Origin: an uncultured Candidatus Saccharibacteria bacterium
GTDB lineage: Bacteria; Patescibacteriota; Saccharimonadia; Saccharimonadales; Saccharimonadaceae
NCBI GenBank assembly: GCA_963516705.1
Contig: CAUQBM010000001.1
Span: 4,183 to 68,182, forward strand
Length of the DNA stretch: 64,000 nt
Reading direction: 5' to 3'
In this document: piece after piece, positions 11,038 through 18,429 of the stretch
How the letters are laid out: each line of letters opens with the position of its first letter
How positions within the stretch are numbered: the stretch's first letter is position 1
Translations under genes and position numbers: made by a program
Notes under the pieces: generated by a model
Told to the model about the DNA's origin: nothing
Database searches by the model: none
What the model saw: only the letters and a program-made list of their open reading frames with translations

Positions 11038-12099
11038 TTATTGATCTTGGACTTTTATTGTCGTCTCTTTGCCGTCTTCATTGTAGTTGAATTCGGAGCT
11101 GTTCTCCATGTGTATTATCCATGCGCCTTCGCCTAGATTTGCATTGGTGCTATGGCTATTGTCGCCATATAGATTATCGCCTTTTTTGTGGTGAGTAACC
11201 AGTGCCTTAAGTAAACTGTCTGGTTCAACATCTCCTGAATAATTGTTGAACCCATCAAGCTGATAAAAATTAGTACCAAAAATTCCGTACCTATCGATTT
11301 GCACATCTCCAGCACCGGTCCCATAGGGATTCCTCAAGTCTTTGCCGTGATACCATGCTCCGTAGCACCCCCCCTCACTAGCTTTTGCCTGTAAAACGGC
11401 AGAAGCTTGAGTTCCTGGAACAGGAGCAGGAACGGGATAGTCATCATCTGGATGATCTAGGTTATATCCTATAGATTTTCCAAGGTAATACATGGAATCC
11501 TTAAAACCTTGACGATAATCCTCGTCTACAAAAGTTTCTGCCATAGAATCGGTAATAGTATTTACTGATGTTTTGTCAAGACCATATTCTGGGTTTTGCA
11601 ACATACTTGTCACAGCAATTACTGACCCTACTTGAGAGCCTAATTTATCTGCAGCATCTTTTTTTTCAACTGAAATACAATTCTGAAGTGTATAGATTTT
11701 TTCGTCTATATGCGGAAATGGAAAGCCTTGTTTTTTAATAAATTCTGTTAATGTTTCTAACGGTTCTTCACCTCTATTTAGCTTATCTGCCGTTTCGTCA
11801 ACATCTACGGGTTTTTGAGGCATAACTTCTCTGTATTCTTGTCGTACCTGCTCTGGGGTTTTTAATAGTGATGGAGAGCTTGTCTCTTCTACTGAAGGTG
11901 TAGGATCTTGAGTTTCTTGCGACGTGGATGTTGTATCTGGAGTTGGCTCACTGTAGCTTTCACCACAGGCTGACAGTGGAGCTACTGCAGCTAACAATGC
12001 TGCTGCTGTAGCGATGCCCTTTAAGGCCTTTTCTTTAAGTGAAGTTGAAAGTTGTATCTCTGAATCACTTGGGTTAAATTGTTCACGATTTCGAACCAT
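11038..12099 (-). CDS. Putative lipoprotein of unknown function
   Basis: Hydrophobic stretch ending in lipobox LSAC, followed by an S/T/P-rich linker. Confidence 0.7.
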   Translation of the reverse strand: MVRNREQFNPSDSEIQLSTSLKEKALKGIATAAALLAAVAPLSACGESYSEPTPDTTSTSQETQDPTPSVEETSSPSLLKTPEQVRQEYREVMPQKPVDVDETADKLNRGEEPLETLTEFIKKQGFPFPHIDEKIYTLQNCISVEKKDAADKLGSQVGSVIAVTSMLQNPEYGLDKTSVNTITDSMAETFVDEDYRQGFKDSMYYLGKSIGYNLDHPDDDYPVPAPVPGTQASAVLQAKASEGGCYGAWYHGKDLRNPYGTGAGDVQIDRYGIFGTNFYQLDGFNNYSGDVEPDSLLKALVTHHKKGDNLYGDNSHSTNANLGEGAWIIHMENSSEFNYNEDGKETTIKVQDQ

Positions 12100-12261
12100 A
12101 ACGCTTGGGATCCTTCCTCTGACATTGTCAGATATTTTATTATAAAAATTCCTTAGACCTTCCAGTCCAATTGGCTATATAATAACATAAATTGTACAGA
12201 AATGCAATAAAAATGGTATATTTTCCATAAAAAAACACCCTATCAAGGGGTGAATTATCTG

Positions 12262-12339
12262 TGGCGCGCTCGACCGGATTCGAACCGGCGATCTCCTCCG
12301 TGACAGGGAGGCGTGATAGGCCAACTTCACTACGAGCGC
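12262..12339 (-). tRNA. tRNA-Asp(GTC)
   Basis: Acceptor GCGCTCG/CGAGCGC, anticodon arm CCTCC-CTGTCAC-GGAGG, GTTCGAATC T-loop, encoded CCA. Confidence 0.97.
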
Positions 12340-12392
12340 ATATCAATATCCCTTATATTATCAGATTACTTCTGTCTTTTCAAGGAAAATGT

Positions 12393-12421
12393 TTGCTTTT
12401 TTCGCTTGACTATTTTACAAT
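12393..12421 (+). promoter_or_regulatory. Sigma70-type promoter for the pilin array
   Basis: TTGCTT-17bp-TACAAT upstream of the first pilin. Confidence 0.5.
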
Positions 12422-12442
12422 TTAGGTATAAGAGAAAATTTT

Positions 12443-12814
12443 ATGACAAAAAGAAATATTGTAATCAGTATATTCATCGCAACAGTAATCGCAGGAAGTG
12501 TTTTTATACCCAGAATAGCTTTAGCTGCCAGCTGCGGCGGCGCGGAAACTTCTGTTATTTCTTGTGAAGGCGAAGGCAGCACGGCAATTATCAACATAAT
12601 AAAGCAAGTTATTAAAATTTTAACCGCTGGAGTTTTGGTCGCGGCGGTTGGTGCTGTTATATATGGCGCATTCTTATACACTACTTCTGAGGGTAGTCCA
12701 GATAAGATAAAAAAAGCGCGTGAAGTCTGGACCAATACTGTCATTGGAATAATAATGTTTGCGTTTATGGTGGCAATTACTAACTTTATTATTCCAGGAG
12801 GAGTTTTCGATTAA
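12443..12814 (+). CDS. VirB2/TrbC-like pilin 1
   Basis: Signal peptide plus two hydrophobic helices flanking YTTSEGSPDKIKKARE. Confidence 0.85.
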   Translation: MTKRNIVISIFIATVIAGSVFIPRIALAASCGGAETSVISCEGEGSTAIINIIKQVIKILTAGVLVAAVGAVIYGAFLYTTSEGSPDKIKKAREVWTNTVIGIIMFAFMVAITNFIIPGGVFD

Positions 12815-13245
12815 TGAAAAAGATTATAATAGCGATGTCTTTAGTGATTATAGGGTCGTTTGGGGCGAGTATGGCTTTCCCAAGTACTTCTTTTGCTGAA
12901 AGTAATGAATGTGATAAAAAAGGCAGAATTTTGACATTGAAGCCGTGGTATGACGGATTGACGAAAGGTGACTGTTCTATTAAAGATATTGGTTCGGACG
13001 CTGACTCACAGGCAAATTTTATCTGGAGAGTCGTGCTTAATATCGTTGATGATTTGTTGCAGCTTATTGGCTACACGACTGTTGGATATATCATGTACGG
13101 TGGTTTCTTGATGATGACCAGTAATGGTGCTCCAGATAAGGCCGCTCATGGACGAAAAACTATTATGAGCGCAGCGATTGGCTTGGTTATCGCCTTAGCT
13201 TCTGTTGCGTTGGTTAACTTTATATCATCAAATATAGGAGTATAA
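12814..13245 (+). CDS. VirB2/TrbC-like pilin 2
   Basis: GGFLMMTSNGAPDKAAHGRKTIMSAAIGL motif; N-terminal C...PWY...C segment. Confidence 0.85.
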   Translation: MKKIIIAMSLVIIGSFGASMAFPSTSFAESNECDKKGRILTLKPWYDGLTKGDCSIKDIGSDADSQANFIWRVVLNIVDDLLQLIGYTTVGYIMYGGFLMMTSNGAPDKAAHGRKTIMSAAIGLVIALASVALVNFISSNIGV

Positions 13246-13246
13246 A

Positions 13247-13531
13247 ATGAGATATATGGAATTTTTTGCTGGATTGTTGGGGAGTGCTGATAGTCTTGGT
13301 GTGCCGAAGGATAATGGTGTAGATATTATGAAGTTTGTTAATTTAGCATTTTGGGTGGCTGGTGTCGTAGCCGTTATTATTGTTATTATTGCTGGAATAA
13401 ACTATTCCCTGTCCTCTGGTGATCCAGCTAAGACGGCTAGCGCAAAGAATACTATTCTATATTCAGTTATTGGTTTGGTTATTATTGCTAGTGCGATTGC
13501 TATAACAGGTTATATTATAGGAAAGGTTTAA
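13247..13531 (+). CDS. VirB2/TrbC-like pilin 3 (short, no obvious signal peptide)
   Basis: AGINYSLSSGDPAKTASAKNTILYSVIGL motif. Confidence 0.85.
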   Translation: MRYMEFFAGLLGSADSLGVPKDNGVDIMKFVNLAFWVAGVVAVIIVIIAGINYSLSSGDPAKTASAKNTILYSVIGLVIIASAIAITGYIIGKV

Positions 13532-13532
13532 G

Positions 13533-13913
13533 ATGAAGATTTTTACAAAAATCCTGACGGCTGGAATACTAATGATTGGGCTTCTTGGAGTGTTTACTCC
13601 GGCGGTATCTGCAGCTAACGGTATTGATATTTGCTCAAATGGAAATGAAAACTCTGTCTATTGTAAAAATAAGGGCAGTGGCGAAACTCAAGTGAACGGT
13701 ATTATAAAAACTATCGTTGAAGTTCTACTTACGGCCGTTGGTGCTATTTCGATTATTATGATAGTTATTGGCGGTATTATGTTTGCACTTTCCAGTGGTG
13801 ACGCCCAGAAAGCTGCAAAAGCCAGGAATACTGTTTTATATGCGGTAGTCGGTTTGGCTGTATCGTTATTCGCATCGGCAATTGTTAATTTTGTATTTAA
13901 TAGGTTTAATTAG
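13533..13913 (+). CDS. VirB2/TrbC-like pilin 4
   Basis: Signal peptide (AVSA); GGIMFALSSGDAQKAAKARNTVLYAVVGL. Confidence 0.85.
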   Translation: MKIFTKILTAGILMIGLLGVFTPAVSAANGIDICSNGNENSVYCKNKGSGETQVNGIIKTIVEVLLTAVGAISIIMIVIGGIMFALSSGDAQKAAKARNTVLYAVVGLAVSLFASAIVNFVFNRFN

Positions 13914-13921
13914 GAGAAAAT

Positions 13922-14299
13922 ATGAAAAAATCAATAATATCAATAGCAATTATGACATGTGCGGTGTTTGGAGCATCGGTTTTGTCTACCGCTTCCCTGT
14001 CGGGCAGTGTTTCTGCTCAGGTATCTAAAGGAATTGATACGGCTACAACATCGGAAATGAAAGGTAAAAGTATTGACGGTGATGGCGGTCTAATAAAAAC
14101 AGTAGTTAATGTTTTGCTTTGGGCTGTGGGTATTTTGTCTGTTATTATGATTATTTTTAGCGGATTTCGCTATATTACCTCGGCTGGCGACGCTTCAAAG
14201 ACAAAATCTGCTCAGAGTACGCTCATTTATTCAGTGGTTGGGCTAATTGTGGCTATTATGGCATACGCGATCGTTAATATGGTTACAAATCGACTATAA
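13922..14299 (+). CDS. VirB2/TrbC-like pilin 5
   Basis: GFRYITSAGDASKTKSAQSTLIYSVVGL; AGGAG RBS. Confidence 0.85.
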   Translation: MKKSIISIAIMTCAVFGASVLSTASLSGSVSAQVSKGIDTATTSEMKGKSIDGDGGLIKTVVNVLLWAVGILSVIMIIFSGFRYITSAGDASKTKSAQSTLIYSVVGLIVAIMAYAIVNMVTNRL

Positions 14300-14315
14300 T
14301 AAATCCATAATTAGT

Positions 14316-14344
14316 TTTACAAATAACAGATAAAAATGTATAAT
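14316..14344 (+). promoter_or_regulatory. Internal promoter for pilin 6
   Basis: TTTACA-17bp-TATAAT, followed by an AAGGAG RBS. Confidence 0.65.
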
Positions 14345-14375
14345 AGTAATATCATTAAACAAGGAGAAAATAACA

Positions 14376-14753
14376 ATGAATAAATTAAAATTAATCTTGG
14401 CGGGACTACTGGTAGTACCAACTGTTGCTTTGGCTGTAGCTCCAGCGGCAAGTGCCGAAGGTGATTTTACCTTAACTAATGGCGTAAATAGTGCAAGAGG
14501 AGAAGGTGTGAGTGAAACCGCTTCAGATCCTCAAACTTTGGTTAAGCAATTTGTAAATATATTCTTGTTTGCTGTTGGTGCATTAAGCGTTATTATGCTT
14601 ATCTGGGGTGGTATCCGTTACACCACTTCAGCTGGTGATAGCAATAAGGTTACTGCAGCTAAGAACACAGTTTTGTATGCAATTGTCGGTTTGGTGGTTG
14701 CAATCTTGGCATACGCAATCGTCAATATGGTTATCGATAAGTTTAAGGGTTAA
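14376..14753 (+). CDS. VirB2/TrbC-like pilin 6 (candidate major pilin)
   Basis: Signal peptide (AASA); GGIRYTTSAGDSNKVTAAKNTVLYAIVGL; own promoter, RBS and terminator. Confidence 0.88.
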   Translation: MNKLKLILAGLLVVPTVALAVAPAASAEGDFTLTNGVNSARGEGVSETASDPQTLVKQFVNIFLFAVGALSVIMLIWGGIRYTTSAGDSNKVTAAKNTVLYAIVGLVVAILAYAIVNMVIDKFKG

Positions 14754-14766
14754 TCTACTCTACCGG

Positions 14767-14838
14767 TAAAAAAGAGCCTCGCTGATGAGGTTCTTTTTTT
14801 ATGGCTAAAAAAATACCGCCAACTTGTGACGGTATTTT
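14767..14838. terminator. Two intrinsic terminators between the convergent pilin 6 and hsp20
   Basis: AAAAAAGAGCCTC-loop-GAGGTTCTTTTTTT and AAAAATACCG-loop-CGGTATTTT. Confidence 0.75.
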
Positions 14839-14852
14839 CTGTGAAATGGTTT

Positions 14853-15347
14853 TTACAGAACTTGAATCTTCTTTGCTTTTTCTTGCTTTATCTTTTCAAA
14901 AGTAATTGTCAAAACGCCATCTTTTAATTCTGCCTTAACACCTTCTTCATTTACAGCGGTTGGCAATGCTAATGTACGGCTGAATTCACCCCAGTAACAT
15001 TCTTGGATGTGCCATTGGCGAACATCTGCTTCGTCACCGCTAGACAGTGTGCCGCTAATTGTTAAGATGCCGTCAGAAATGCTTACGTCTAGGTCGTTTC
15101 GATCTACGCCGGCAGTACGAGCTTTGATAACTAGGTTATTTTCTGTCTCAAAAACGTCAACAGCCAATTGACCCATTGCATCATCAGCTTCATCTTCCCA
15201 ATTGTCGTCGGATCGTGTTGTTGATGTACTGTTGCTTCTACTGTTGTCGTCGTCAAAACCAGGTAGCAGATCGTCGTTATCATCGTCAATAAACGCCGCA
15301 GCCAATTCCTGTTCTGTTAGTAATGTATCATCTTGCTTTCGGGCCAT
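14853..15347 (-). CDS. Hsp20/alpha-crystallin small heat-shock protein
   Basis: VDVFET...GV...DGILTISG...EC.WGEFSRTLALP...AELKDGVLTI; ATG at 15347 with GGAGG RBS. Confidence 0.93.
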   Translation of the reverse strand: MARKQDDTLLTEQELAAAFIDDDNDDLLPGFDDDNSRSNSTSTTRSDDNWEDEADDAMGQLAVDVFETENNLVIKARTAGVDRNDLDVSISDGILTISGTLSSGDEADVRQWHIQECYWGEFSRTLALPTAVNEEGVKAELKDGVLTITFEKIKQEKAKKIQVL

Positions 15348-15451
15348 AATTTCCTCCACTTTTATAATAGGCTCATTGACAAAGTCTTTATTAGTATAAC
15401 TGTAATGTGCGTTATAATCAACAGAGAAAGGCTTAAAACGTAAAAATTACA

Positions 15452-16126
15452 ATGTTTGACACGCTATTATCAATCATCGCTCCTCACCACTGTTATAAGT
15501 GTGGTAAAACGGGTGGTATTTTATGCTTAGATTGTAAAAAATACATCATGAGTCGGAAGTATGATATGTGTGTATTATGTGGTGATTTATTGGAGAATGG
15601 CAACTTATGTAAAAAACATAAGCTCCCCTGTGATATGATCTGGTGCTTTTCGCGACGTACAGGTGTTGTTGCAAAAATAATTGATGATTATAAGTTTAAC
15701 CGTGTTCAGGCGGCGGCTGGATTGCTAAGTGAGTTCTTAGACGAAGCTCTGCCTGAATTGCCGTCAGGTACAGTAATCGTACCGATTCCTACAATTTCTA
15801 AGAATATTCGGCGTCGTGGATTTGATCATATCCGAAAAATTGCTATTAAACTATCTCGACGTAGAAAAATAGAGTGTTGTTCCCTGCTCCGGCGCAGAAA
15901 TAACGTCACTCAGCACTTTACGAAATCTTCCGCCCAGAGAAAACGTCAAGCAAAGGAGTTTTTTGAAATTGCGGGTAAAGCTGATAAAAATAAGCGATAT
16001 ATCATTATTGACGATATTTTTACGACTGGCTCAACTGTGTTGGCGGCGACGGAATGTTTGAGAAAAAATGGCGCCAAACATGTGGAAATTGCGGTTATTG
16101 CCAGACATGGGCGTCCGAAATTATGA
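15452..16126 (+). CDS. comF: ComF family protein (zinc ribbon plus phosphoribosyltransferase domain)
   Basis: CxxC pairs, PIP...RRRGFD, IIIDDIFTTGST. Confidence 0.88.
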   Translation: MFDTLLSIIAPHHCYKCGKTGGILCLDCKKYIMSRKYDMCVLCGDLLENGNLCKKHKLPCDMIWCFSRRTGVVAKIIDDYKFNRVQAAAGLLSEFLDEALPELPSGTVIVPIPTISKNIRRRGFDHIRKIAIKLSRRRKIECCSLLRRRNNVTQHFTKSSAQRKRQAKEFFEIAGKADKNKRYIIIDDIFTTGSTVLAATECLRKNGAKHVEIAVIARHGRPKL

Positions 16127-16573
16127 ATGATGATAATGACTGCCGCGATGGATTTCTTGGGCGCGGTATAATTGCTCAGCTAAAATAAGACGAACTAATT
16201 GGTGCGGAAATACTAAGTTAGATAATGACCAGACGATGTTGGATTTTTGACGCAAGTCGCTAGTAACTCCGTAAGCACCACCAATGATGAAGACGATATG
16301 CTTGTCGATATGTTCGGTTATTAAGTTAGATAATTCCGGTGATGATAGGTTTTTGCCGCGCTCATCGAGCAAAATAACGAAATCGTCCGAATTAAGGCGT
16401 GAAAAAATACGCTCAGACTCTTCCTGGCGCGCTCTGTCGTCTTCAAAGCTTGAATGCGGTAGAATAATCATTTCCGCAGCGAAAGGCGCCCGTAGACGCT
16501 CTAAAAAACGAGAAACGCCTGGTTGAACCCAGGCTTCATGCTTTTTTCCGATTGTTATAATGGTGATTTTCAT
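16121..16573 (-). CDS. rlmH: 23S rRNA m3Psi1915 methyltransferase RlmH
   Basis: MKITIITIGK start, LDERGK, FIIGGAYG, FPHQLVRLILAEQLYRA...YHH; the ORF-track start lies inside the tRNA. Confidence 0.95.
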   Translation of the reverse strand: MKITIITIGKKHEAWVQPGVSRFLERLRAPFAAEMIILPHSSFEDDRARQEESERIFSRLNSDDFVILLDERGKNLSSPELSNLITEHIDKHIVFIIGGAYGVTSDLRQKSNIVWSLSNLVFPHQLVRLILAEQLYRAQEIHRGSHYHHS

Positions 16574-16581
16574 AATATCTA

Positions 16582-16669
16582 TGGCGGAGAGAGAGGGATT
16601 CGAACCCTCGATGAGTTGCCCCATACCGCTTTTCGAGAGCGGCCAGTTCAACCACTCCTGCACCTCTCC
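16582..16669 (-). tRNA. tRNA-Ser(CGA)
   Basis: Anticodon arm CCGCT-CTCGAAA-AGCGG, long variable arm, GCCA end. Confidence 0.96.
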
Positions 16670-16690
16670 GTATCTAACTAATTCGGGAAA

Positions 16691-16924
16691 TTATTTTTTA
16701 TCAGTCTTCTTTGAGTCTTTGGCTACTATAGTGCCGATAATACTCCAGACGATACATAGAGCTAGACCGACGCCGCCTAATTGACAAAACTTAACCATCC
16801 ACTTACTGGCTTCATTCCAAGTTATCAATTCAAAGAACTCTGCGCCAGCTAAAATTGCTATAGCAGTTGAACAGATTGCAACAATTCCTAATCCTGAATA
16901 TTTTACGTACTTAATAAAATTCAT
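16691..16924 (-). CDS. Small 2-TM membrane protein between two tRNAs
   Basis: 77 aa starting MNFIKYVKYSGLG, AAGGAGG RBS, two hydrophobic helices. Confidence 0.65.
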   Translation of the reverse strand: MNFIKYVKYSGLGIVAICSTAIAILAGAEFFELITWNEASKWMVKFCQLGGVGLALCIVWSIIGTIVAKDSKKTDKK

Positions 16925-16942
16925 ACCCCTCCTTAGGTTAAT

Positions 16943-17019
16943 TGGTACACCCGGCAAGATTCGAACTTACGACCTCTGGCTCCGCAAGCCAGCGCTCTAT
17001 CCAGCTGAGCTACGGGTGC
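16943..17019 (-). tRNA. tRNA-Arg(GCG)
   Basis: GCACCCGTAGCTCAGCTGGATAGAGC; anticodon arm CTGGC-TTGCGGA-GCCAG; GTTCGAATC; ACCA end. Confidence 0.95.
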
Positions 17020-17120
17020 ATACAGCCTTTCGAAAAGGCTATAACAAAAATATAAGGTACCTTCATTGCTATAAAGCACTGAACTTTTGTATTCTACCAC
17101 ATAAAATATAGTCAATCAAG

Positions 17121-17639
17121 CTATAGCTTTATCAGCCGAATAAACTTCTCTAAGGCGTCTGGTTTAATTTCTTGCATTGGTAGGCGCGCTCCGAGCATAT
17201 CAACAATTCTCTCGCCCTCTGCTTCGGAAAAGTAAATAGTTAAACCTGGTGAGAATCGTTTTACTGGCAATAATAGAATCGAATGTTGGTTATTTTCGTG
17301 AATTAATCCAAATGCGCGAAATTCGCTAAAATCGTGTAAAACATCGGCGATGTAAATACCTTTGGGGCTAATCGCGTAGTTTATTATTTGAGGGGTTTTG
17401 TTTGATAGTACAAACAAGGCTACAGCCATAATTGGCAATAAAACTGCGAAAGTCCAGTTTTTAAACACCAAAATTGCCAAAGCCATTAATCCTATCAACA
17501 CAATGACAAAAAACACGTACCACAATTTACCGCGTTGAACTTGCACGCCTTCTGGTGCGTTCCAGGCTATTGGCTCAGTTAAATCAATCCTGTCAGATGA
17601 TGGCGTTTCAAAGTCTTGGTTTTCTGGACTATCGTTCAT
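17121..17639 (-). CDS. Conserved hypothetical membrane protein (2 TM plus PH-like beta domain)
   Basis: W.APE...W, TM hairpin, then YAISPKGI motif; a type common in CPR. Confidence 0.75.
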   Translation of the reverse strand: MNDSPENQDFETPSSDRIDLTEPIAWNAPEGVQVQRGKLWYVFFVIVLIGLMALAILVFKNWTFAVLLPIMAVALFVLSNKTPQIINYAISPKGIYIADVLHDFSEFRAFGLIHENNQHSILLLPVKRFSPGLTIYFSEAEGERIVDMLGARLPMQEIKPDALEKFIRLIKL

Positions 17640-17674
17640 GACGTTAGTATATCACGATGAGAATTAGTGAACAA

Positions 17675-18082
17675 TTAAACGTTAGTGGTTGATCCGCCAC
17701 TTAAAGCTGCGCCAAGGATAAAGTTGATTATGGCGTAAGCAAAGACCGCGATTAGTAGACCGATGATTGCGTATAAAATTGTGTTTTTGGCGTTTGTGAC
17801 AGATTCTTTTTTACCGCCAGATATTACGTAGCGGAAACCGCCGAAGATTAGCATAACGACGCTTAAGACGCCGACGCCGAATAGCATAATGTTGATGGCG
17901 CGCCTTACGATTGATGAATCACCATTAGCTAAGTTGGATGGCGTATTGTCGCCGCGTGCTGCGTTAATTCCGGCTGGCGCACCGCCTTCGCCTAATGCAG
18001 AAACTGGAGCCGTCACCAAAGCTACGCCGAATCCGATTGTAAGTAATCCTATTATAATTTTAGAAATATATCCTTTTACCAT
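17675..18082 (-). CDS. VirB2/TrbC-like pilin 7 (detached copy)
   Basis: GGFRYVISGGKKESVTNAKNTILYAIIGL; GINAARG resembles GVNSARG in pilin 6. Confidence 0.85.
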   Translation of the reverse strand: MVKGYISKIIIGLLTIGFGVALVTAPVSALGEGGAPAGINAARGDNTPSNLANGDSSIVRRAINIMLFGVGVLSVVMLIFGGFRYVISGGKKESVTNAKNTILYAIIGLLIAVFAYAIINFILGAALSGGSTTNV

Positions 18083-18154
18083 AATTCTATTATACTCTAT
18101 TTACGACAAAGCTATCAATAATTGCACTTATATGGTACACTAAATAGTGAATTT

Positions 18155-18247
18155 GGAGGAGTACCCAAGTGGCTGAAGGGGACGGTTTGCTAAATCGTTA
18201 GTATGGAGAGATCTGTAGCGGGGGTTCGAATCCCCCCTCCTCCGCCA
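18155..18247 (+). tRNA. tRNA-Ser(GCT)
   Basis: GGAGGAG acceptor, ACGGT-TTGCTAA-ATCGT anticodon arm, long variable arm, GCCA. Confidence 0.96.
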
Positions 18248-18264
18248 AAATTCAGAGATAGTAC

Positions 18265-18354
18265 GGAAGGGTGACCGAGTGGTTGAAGGTACCGGTCTTG
18301 AAAACCGGCGTGCGGTAAAACGTACCGAGGGTTCGAATCCCTCCCCTTCCGCCA
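18265..18354 (+). tRNA. tRNA-Ser(TGA)
   Basis: GGAAGGG acceptor, CCGGT-CTTGAAA-ACCGG anticodon arm, GCCA. Confidence 0.96.
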
Positions 18355-18374
18355 AAATAGTGCTATTGAATTTG

Positions 18375-18410
18375 AAAAAATAGGAGATCCATGTGAGTCT
18401 CCTATTTTTA
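18375..18410. terminator. Bidirectional intrinsic terminator
   Basis: AAAAAATAGGAGA-loop-TCTCCTATTTTT between the tRNAs and vanZ. Confidence 0.75.
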
Positions 18411-18429
18411 TTGGTTATGATGGAGATTT

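Noticed and set aside
1..12339. ICE or prophage integrated at tRNA-Asp
   Set aside because: No integrase, relaxase or duplicated tRNA 3' end was seen in the window; this cannot be excluded beyond the left edge
12140..12346. ORFs overlapping tRNAs (also 16933-17115, 18140-18355, 34372-34656, and the N-terminal extensions of rlmH and the ABC ATPase)
   Set aside because: They are translations of tRNA sequence
12443..14753. Pilin array as a CRISPR-like repeat or recombinational silent-cassette system
   Set aside because: Similarity is at the protein level only; no identical DNA repeats or invertase; all ORFs are intact
15348..15451. CIRCE upstream of hsp20
   Set aside because: No TTAGCACTC-N9-GAGTGCTAA match found
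16121..16160. rlmH (orfX) 3' end as an SCC-like integration site
   Set aside because: It directly overlaps the convergent comF end; no inserted element
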